Assembly (NCBI GenBank): GCA_963709345.1
Contig: CAVPVX010000004.1
Coordinates: 32,001-96,000, forward strand
Length of the DNA: 64,000 bases
Source of the DNA: an uncultured Actinomycetes bacterium
Lineage (GTDB): Bacteria; Actinomycetota; Thermoleophilia; UBA2241
Direction of reading: 5' to 3'
Shown one piece after another: positions 57,962 to 64,000 of this stretch. The notes below the pieces were generated by a model, which saw nothing but the letters and a program-made list of their open reading frames with translations, was not told the origin of the DNA and made no database searches. Made by a program: the position numbers and the translations under genes. Position 1 is the stretch's first letter. The number at the start of each line of letters is the position of its first letter.

Positions 57962-58450
57962 TCACGCGTGGTGCCCGTCCTGCGCGGTGATCCGGCGCGC
58001 GAGCATCCAGGCGACCAGGTGAATGAGGATGACGATGTTGAGGACGAGCCCGACGACGGCGGCCTCGGCCCAGACGGCGCACAGAGCCAGTGAGAGCAGC
58101 GTGGCGGCGAAGGCGAGCGGCAGCCACCAGGAGCGCTCAAGGACGATGCCGGCCGCCGCGAAGAAGAAGAGGCCGAGGGCGACGACCCAGAGGACGCCGA
58201 GCGCGCTCATCGCCGCCGACCCCGGTGTGCTGGCGGCGAGAAGCGTCGACGTGTTCTCGACAGGTGTGTCGCCGAGACCGAAGATCCCGGCGACGCCCAC
58301 GGCGTGGGCGAACCCGTGGAGAGCGAACAGGCCCGCGACGAGCAGCGCTCCCGCGCGGGCCAGCCTGGCGCCGGTCGAGCGGCGCGCGCCGGAGTGACTC
58401 CGCATCGCGTTCCCGATGCCGGCATCGATGGTTGTGGTGAACTCGCTCAA
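57962..58450 (-). CDS. hypothetical 4-TM membrane protein
   Basis: TTG start after AGGAGGAG; LHGFAH motif; divergent from tetR. Confidence 0.7.
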   Translation of the reverse strand: MSEFTTTIDAGIGNAMRSHSGARRSTGARLARAGALLVAGLFALHGFAHAVGVAGIFGLGDTPVENTSTLLAASTPGSAAMSALGVLWVVALGLFFFAAAGIVLERSWWLPLAFAATLLSLALCAVWAEAAVVGLVLNIVILIHLVAWMLARRITAQDGHHA

Positions 58451-58474
58451 GACTCCTCCTTGCGAAGCGGTGTT

Positions 58475-58523
58475 TTACAGTGTAATCTTACGCCGTAAGA
58501 AGGGTAGGTCTTACGCTGTAAGA
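58475..58523. promoter_or_regulatory. three palindromic TetR-type operators TTAC-N3-GTAA
   Basis: TTACAGTGTAA 58475-58485, TCTTACGCCGTAAGA 58486-58500, TCTTACGCTGTAAGA 58509-58523. Confidence 0.82.
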
Positions 58524-58572
58524 TGTCAACTCTGCTTCTCGTCGTCACTGGGAAGCCGATGCAGGAGGTCCG

Positions 58573-59196
58573 ATGGCCGACGTGAGCGGATCGCGCGCCC
58601 AACTGAGCCGTGAGCGCATCACTGAGGCTGCGCTCGAACTGGTCGAGGAGCGCGGCATCAATGGTCTCACCATGCGCGGCCTGGGTGTGCGCCTCGGCGT
58701 CGAGGCGATGGCCATCTATCACTACTTCCCGAGCAAGGAGGCGTTGCTCCGGGCGGTCGGCGAGATCGGGCGCGACATCGAGACGACGTTCGCGGCGTTC
58801 TTCGACGACATGAGCGCGAGCGGCGCGTCTGCCGCCGACGTCGTGATCGCCCTCGGTCTGCGCTACATCGAGTTCGCCGAGATGCACCCGGCGCAGTTCA
58901 CGCTCCTGTTCAACACGCTGCCGATCCCGATCGCCACCTGGGAGGAGTTCATGAGCGCGCCGACCACCTTCCGCATCCCGCAGCGCGCGGTGCAAGCCGG
59001 CATCGATGCCGGGGAGTTCCATCCGCGCCCCGGGTACGGCCGGGACGAGATGGCCTACAATCTGTGGGCGCTGGTCCACGGCCTCGCGGTGCTTCGTCAG
59101 ACACGGCTGCGCTCCCTCGATGCCGACTACGACACTCTGCACCGGTCCCTGCTCGGTGCGCTGGTCGAGCAGTTCTCGCGGGAGGAACCGGTGTGA
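58573..59196 (+). CDS. TetR/AcrR family transcriptional regulator
   Basis: LSRERITEAAL...LTMRGLG..LGVEAMAIYHYFPSKEAL; WALVHG C-terminal motif. Confidence 0.92.
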   Translation: MADVSGSRAQLSRERITEAALELVEERGINGLTMRGLGVRLGVEAMAIYHYFPSKEALLRAVGEIGRDIETTFAAFFDDMSASGASAADVVIALGLRYIEFAEMHPAQFTLLFNTLPIPIATWEEFMSAPTTFRIPQRAVQAGIDAGEFHPRPGYGRDEMAYNLWALVHGLAVLRQTRLRSLDADYDTLHRSLLGALVEQFSREEPV

Positions 59197-60548
59197 AGGC
59201 CCTGGTGATCTCCGGATTCGGGCTGGACGAGGAGCGCGGTCCTGCCGCGCTCGCCGCGCTCCGGGACTCGCTCGAGGCGCGCGGCCTGGACGTCGACGTC
59301 GTCGACGCGGTGGCCGCGAAGGTGAGCGCCTGCGTCGGCTGCGGCAGCTGCGGGCTCAAGACGCCCGGGCGCTGCGTGGTCAAGGACGACATGCAGGCGA
59401 TCTACCCCCGGCTCGTGGCCTGTGACGTGCTCGTGCTCGCCGGGCCGGTCAGCTTCGGCGCCCACTGCTACCCGGTCAAGAAGATCGTCGATCGTTTGCA
59501 GCCGTTCATGCAGTCGCTGTACACGAAGCGGAACGGAGAGCTGAAGTTCCGGCCGCGCTACCCGCACCGCGCAGCATGGATGGGCGTGGGGCTGGTGGTC
59601 GGGGACGATCCGCAGCGCGAGGAGCAGACGGCGGCGTTCCGGCTGCTCATCGAGCGCCACGCCGTCAACGTGGCCGCGCCCGCTCAGGCCGCCGCCGTCT
59701 TCGGCGGCGACGATGTCGAGGCGGCGCGACTCGAGCTGGACCAGGCGCTCGACGTCGTGTGCGGAGCGGCCGGCGGGGCGACCGCGACGACGACGGCCGC
59801 CGGGTCGCGGCGCGCGGCCCGCGCCGCCGCAGCGGCCGTCCGTCCGGCCGCGACCGGCGCCGGCCCGGCCGGCCGCGTGCTCGTGATCCAGGGCAGTCCG
59901 CGAAAGAGGGCGAACACACGGGCGATCGTCGCCGCCCTGGAGGTCGAGCTGCGGCGTCTCGGGACGAGCGTGGACGTGTTCCACGTACCGGCGAAGGGCG
60001 CCGGGCAGGACGACCTCAGTGAGCTGCAGCGGAAGCTGCGGGCGAGCGAGGCCGTCGTCCTCGCGGCGCCGCTCTACATCGACGGCCTGCCGCCGGTCAC
60101 CCAGCTGCTGCTGGAGCAACTGGCGGCGCGGCGCGCAGAGATCGGCGACCGTGCGTCGCGCGTGTACGGGCTCGCGCACTCCGGCTTCCCCGAGCCCATC
60201 CAGCGCGAGACGGAGCTGCGGACGATGGCGCTCTTCGCCGGCGCCATGGGATGGGTCTGGCAGGGAGGCGTCGGCTTCGGCGGCACGTCGCCGATCGACG
60301 GCCGCCCGCTCGACGAGGCCGGGATGTTCTCGAAGCACCTCCGGCGCTGCCTTCCGCACGTGGCCGCCGACATCGCCGCCGGCGGACCCTTCTCGGAGGC
60401 GACGGTGAGGCTCTGCGACAAGCCGCCGTTCGCCGTCCCGCTGTGGCTCATGATCCGGGTCGTCAACCGGGGAGCGCGCAAGGCCGCTCGCGAGAGCGGC
60501 GTCGAGCTCGAGGGGCTGCCGTACGCGGCGGCCGGCGCGGGGCGCTAG
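59193..60548 (+). CDS. fused double flavodoxin-like (NAD(P)H-dependent FMN reductase / Fe-S flavoprotein) protein
   Basis: Domain 1 CVGCGSCGLKTPGRC..KDD; domain 2 GSPRK, APLYIDGLP, SGFPE. Confidence 0.82.
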   Translation: MKALVISGFGLDEERGPAALAALRDSLEARGLDVDVVDAVAAKVSACVGCGSCGLKTPGRCVVKDDMQAIYPRLVACDVLVLAGPVSFGAHCYPVKKIVDRLQPFMQSLYTKRNGELKFRPRYPHRAAWMGVGLVVGDDPQREEQTAAFRLLIERHAVNVAAPAQAAAVFGGDDVEAARLELDQALDVVCGAAGGATATTTAAGSRRAARAAAAAVRPAATGAGPAGRVLVIQGSPRKRANTRAIVAALEVELRRLGTSVDVFHVPAKGAGQDDLSELQRKLRASEAVVLAAPLYIDGLPPVTQLLLEQLAARRAEIGDRASRVYGLAHSGFPEPIQRETELRTMALFAGAMGWVWQGGVGFGGTSPIDGRPLDEAGMFSKHLRRCLPHVAADIAAGGPFSEATVRLCDKPPFAVPLWLMIRVVNRGARKAARESGVELEGLPYAAAGAGR

Positions 60549-60603
60549 CCGGTGTGGCGGTGCGGGGCGCCGCTCACGGGTGGGCGTCACCCGTATGTGG
60601 CCG

Positions 60604-62595
60604 TCACGACGCCTCGTCGAGCGCCTCCTCGAACTGGCTGGCGTAGAGGTCGTGGTAGAAGCCGCGCGCAGCCATCAACTCCTCGTGGCTACCCTGTTCG
60701 ATGATCGCACCCTTGTCCATCACCAGGATCGTGTCGGCACCGCGGATCGTGGACAGCCTGTGCGCGATCACAAAGCTGGTACGGCCTCGCATCAGCTCGG
60801 CCATCGCCTCCTGGATCAGCACCTCGGTGCGCGTGTCGACCGAGCTGGTGGCCTCGTCGAGGATGAGGATGTCGGGGTCGGCGAGGAAGGCCCGGGCGAT
60901 GGTGAGCAGTTGCTTCTCACCTTGGGAGACGTTCGTCGCGTCGTCGTCGAGCACCGTGTCGTAGCCGTCGGGAAGCGTGCGTGCGAAGTGGTCCACGCGG
61001 GCGGCCTGGGCTGCAGCGCAGACCTCTGCCTCACTCGCTCCTTCGCGGCCGTAGGCGATGTTGTCGCGGATCGTGCCGCTGAACAGCCAGGCGTCCTGCA
61101 GGACCATCCCGAAGAGGCGGCGCAGGTCGCCGCGCGCCATCTGACGTGTGTCGATGCCGTCGACGAGGATGCGGCCGTGGTCCAGTTCGTAGAAGCGGAG
61201 CAGCAGGTTGACGAGCGTGGTCTTGCCGGCGCCGGTAGGACCGACGATGGCGACCGTCTCTCCGGGCCGGACGTCGAGCGTCAGGTCCTGGATCAGCGGC
61301 GCGTCCGGCAGGTAGCGGAACGACACGTCCTCGAAGGTGATGTGACCGCGGGTCTGGGCGATCTGCGCCGGCTCCTCGGCGTCGGGCTTCTCCTCGGGCT
61401 CGTCGAGGAGCTCGAAGACGCGCTCGGCCGACGCGGCCGTGCTCTGCAGCACGTTCATGATGCTGGCTGTCTGTGTGATCGGCATCGTGAACATCCGGGA
61501 GTACTGGATGAACGCCTGCACATCGCCGAGGGAGATGCGGCCGTTGGCCACCATGAGCCCGCCGACGACGGCGATCGCCACGTAGCTCAGGTTGGTCACG
61601 AAGGTCATCACCGGCATGATCATCCCGGAGATGAACTGCGCCTTGAAGCTCGCCTCGTAGAGCTTCTCGTTCTGCTCGTCGAACGTGGCGATGGCCTCCT
61701 TCTGGTGACCGAAGACCTTGACCACGTTGTGGCCGGTGAACATCTCCTCCACATGCCCGTTCAGATCGCCTGTGCTCTCCCACTGGGCGGCGAACTGCTT
61801 CTGCGACCGCTTGGCGATGATCACGGTGAGCAGCACGGAGAGCGGTACCGCGAGCAGCGAGATGACCGCGAGGATCCAGCTGATCGACAGCATCATGGCG
61901 AGCACGCCGATGATGGTGAGCACGGCGGTGATGAGCTGTGTGAGGCTCTGCTGAAGTGACTGCGAGATGTTGTCGATGTCGTTGGTCACCCGGCTCAGGA
62001 CGTCGCCGCGGGGGTGGTCGTCGAAGTAGCGCAGGGGGAGGCGGGCGAGCTTCTCGTCGGCCGCCCGCCGCATCCCGTAGACGGTACGCTGCGCCACGCC
62101 CGCCATGATGTACTGCTGCAGCCAGCTGAAGGCGGCGCTCAGCAGGTACACGGCGACGAGAAGGAGCAGGGTGCGGCCGAGCGCGCCGAAGTCCACGCCC
62201 TGGCCAGGGTTGATGTTCATGCTCGACAGCATGTCGGCCTGCGTGTCCTGTCCCTTCGCCCTGAGGGCGGCGACGGCCTGGGCTTGCGTCGTCCCGGCGG
62301 GGATCTGCGTGCTCACCACCCCGTCGAACAGGATGTTGGTGGCGTTGCCCAGGATCCTGGGGCCGACGACCATGAAGGCCACGCTGATCACGGCCAGCAC
62401 GAGGACGACGGCGATGAGCAGACGCTCTCTGCGCAGCAGGCCGCCGAGACGCCGGAGCGCGCCGCTCAGGTCTTTGGGCTTGGCGGCCGGCATGACGAGC
62501 GCGTGGCCGCCGGGTCCGCCGGGGCCGGGCCCGCCCGGGCCTCGCCCGGGCCCACCCGGCCTGCCCGCCGGCGTCTGTCGGGGCTGCGTGCTCAT
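60604..62595 (-). CDS. ABC exporter, fused permease/ATPase
   Basis: GPTGAGKT, SQGEKQ, ILDEATSSVD, IAHRLS. Confidence 0.93.
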   Translation of the reverse strand: MSTQPRQTPAGRPGGPGRGPGGPGPGGPGGHALVMPAAKPKDLSGALRRLGGLLRRERLLIAVVLVLAVISVAFMVVGPRILGNATNILFDGVVSTQIPAGTTQAQAVAALRAKGQDTQADMLSSMNINPGQGVDFGALGRTLLLLVAVYLLSAAFSWLQQYIMAGVAQRTVYGMRRAADEKLARLPLRYFDDHPRGDVLSRVTNDIDNISQSLQQSLTQLITAVLTIIGVLAMMLSISWILAVISLLAVPLSVLLTVIIAKRSQKQFAAQWESTGDLNGHVEEMFTGHNVVKVFGHQKEAIATFDEQNEKLYEASFKAQFISGMIMPVMTFVTNLSYVAIAVVGGLMVANGRISLGDVQAFIQYSRMFTMPITQTASIMNVLQSTAASAERVFELLDEPEEKPDAEEPAQIAQTRGHITFEDVSFRYLPDAPLIQDLTLDVRPGETVAIVGPTGAGKTTLVNLLLRFYELDHGRILVDGIDTRQMARGDLRRLFGMVLQDAWLFSGTIRDNIAYGREGASEAEVCAAAQAARVDHFARTLPDGYDTVLDDDATNVSQGEKQLLTIARAFLADPDILILDEATSSVDTRTEVLIQEAMAELMRGRTSFVIAHRLSTIRGADTILVMDKGAIIEQGSHEELMAARGFYHDLYASQFEEALDEAS

Positions 62596-64000
62596 GCCAC
62601 CTCCCCTTCGCCGAGCTGGGAGGCAACGATCTCGCGGTAGGTCTCGCTGGTGCGGAGGAGCTCCGCGTGGGTGCCCATGCCCGCGATGGAGCCGTCCTCG
62701 AGCACGATGATGCGGTCGGCGTGCATGATCGTCCCCACCCGCTGGGCGACGATGATCACGGTGGCGTCGGCGGTCTCACGTTTGAGCGCGGCGCGCAGGC
62801 GCGCGTCGGTGGTGAAGTCCAGCGCGGAGAAGCTGTCGTCGAAGATGTGGATCTTCGCCCCCTTGACGAGCGCCCGCGCGATCGCGAGACGCTGGCGCTG
62901 TCCGCCGGAGACGTTGGCGCCGCCTTGGGAGACGGGCGCCTCGAGTCCTTCCGGCATCTCGGCCACGAACTCCCGGCCCTGCGCCACCTCGAGGTAACGC
63001 CAGAGCTGCTCGTCGTCGGCCTGGTCGTCGCCGTAGCGCAGGTTGTCGGCCACGGTGCCGTTGAAGAGGAAGGCCTTCTGCGGCACGAGTCCGATGCGGC
63101 TCCACAGGTCCTGCTGCGCCATCTCGCGGACGTCGACGCCGTCGACGAGGACGCGCCCGCCGGTCACATCGTAGAACCGCGGGATGAGGCTGATGAGTGT
63201 CGTCTTGCCGCTGCCGGTACTGCCGACGATCGCCGTGACCTCGCCGGGCGCCGCCGTGAAGCTGATGCCGCTGAGCACCGGGTCCTCGGCGCCGGGGTAG
63301 CGGAACTCGACATCCTCGAACACGACCTCGCCGCGGCGGCCGGTGTCGGCGGCCGGCGTCTCCGGGTCGACGACCGTCGAGTCGGTGTCGAGCACCTCCT
63401 GGATGCGCGCCGCCGAGGCCGCGGCCCGCGGCACCATGACGAGCATGATCGTCGCCATGAGCACGGCCATGAGGATCTGCACGATGTAGGTGAGAAAGGC
63501 GGTGAGGTCGCCGATGGGCATGCCATCGTCGGCGACCTGGATGCTGCCGAACCACATGATCGCCACCGTCGACAGGTTGAGGATGGCCGTGAGGGTCGGG
63601 ATCATCAGCGCGAACAGCCGGTTGACCCGGAGAGTGGTGTCGGTGAGGTCGAGGTTCGCCGTGTCGAAGCGCTCTTCTTCGTACTTGGTGCGCACGAAGG
63701 CGCGGATCACGCGTACGCCGCTCAGCATCTCGCGGGTGACCTGATTGATGCGGTCGATCTTCTTCTGCATGGAGATGAACAGCGGGAGCGCGCTCCGCAG
63801 GACGAGGCCGATGAACACGGCCATGACCGGGATCGAGACCAGGATGACGGCGCTGAGCGGGACGTTCAGGCGCAGCGCCATGATGATGCCGCCGATCGCC
63901 ATCATGGGCGCCGAGATGACCACGTTGAGCATCATGAGGACGACCATCTGGACCTGCTGCACGTCGTTGGTCGTGCGCGTGATCAGCGAGGGGGTGCCGA
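62592..64000 (-). CDS. ABC exporter, fused permease/ATPase, heterodimer partner (5' truncated)
   Basis: GSTGSGKT, SGGQRQR, degenerate IFDDSFSALD and VAQR. Confidence 0.92.
   Translation of the reverse strand, partial: GTPSLITRTTNDVQQVQMVVLMMLNVVISAPMMAIGGIIMALRLNVPLSAVILVSIPVMAVFIGLVLRSALPLFISMQKKIDRINQVTREMLSGVRVIRAFVRTKYEEERFDTANLDLTDTTLRVNRLFALMIPTLTAILNLSTVAIMWFGSIQVADDGMPIGDLTAFLTYIVQILMAVLMATIMLVMVPRAAASAARIQEVLDTDSTVVDPETPAADTGRRGEVVFEDVEFRYPGAEDPVLSGISFTAAPGEVTAIVGSTGSGKTTLISLIPRFYDVTGGRVLVDGVDVREMAQQDLWSRIGLVPQKAFLFNGTVADNLRYGDDQADDEQLWRYLEVAQGREFVAEMPEGLEAPVSQGGANVSGGQRQRLAIARALVKGAKIHIFDDSFSALDFTTDARLRAALKRETADATVIIVAQRVGTIMHADRIIVLEDGSIAGMGTHAELLRTSETYREIVASQLGEGEVA

Overview
Very GC-rich (roughly 70% by eye) chromosomal window, most consistent with an anaerobic or facultative Actinomycetota of the Thermoleophilia type. 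The taxonomy is inferred from gene content and promoter style only. It holds about 60 mostly metabolic, envelope and signalling genes: metY-metX-metW, a cold-shock protein with an (EVEA)8 tail, YhaM, two GAF-GGDEF proteins, etfB-etfA-acyl-CoA dehydrogenase, two tandem SH3 proteins, gltX, typA, msrA, mntP, several PLP enzymes, a HEAT/GT2/response-regulator module, a TetR-flavoprotein locus and an ABC exporter pair. I found no rRNA, tRNA, CRISPR array or intact mobile element. Signals the ORF track misses: (1) a probable selenocysteine Bcp peroxiredoxin with an in-frame TGA at the catalytic Cys position and a SECIS-like hairpin; (2) three, possibly four, sigma28/WhiG-type promoters (TCARG-N14/15-GCCGATAC), one of which appears to drive a stand-alone ~56-nt sRNA with a C-rich seed beside a c-di-GMP locus, while the others precede a putative cell-wall hydrolase and a HEAT-GT2 operon; (3) a perfect 52-bp palindrome; (4) triple TetR operators; (5) several gene remnants. 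Many single-base frameshifts look like sequencing or assembly indels.
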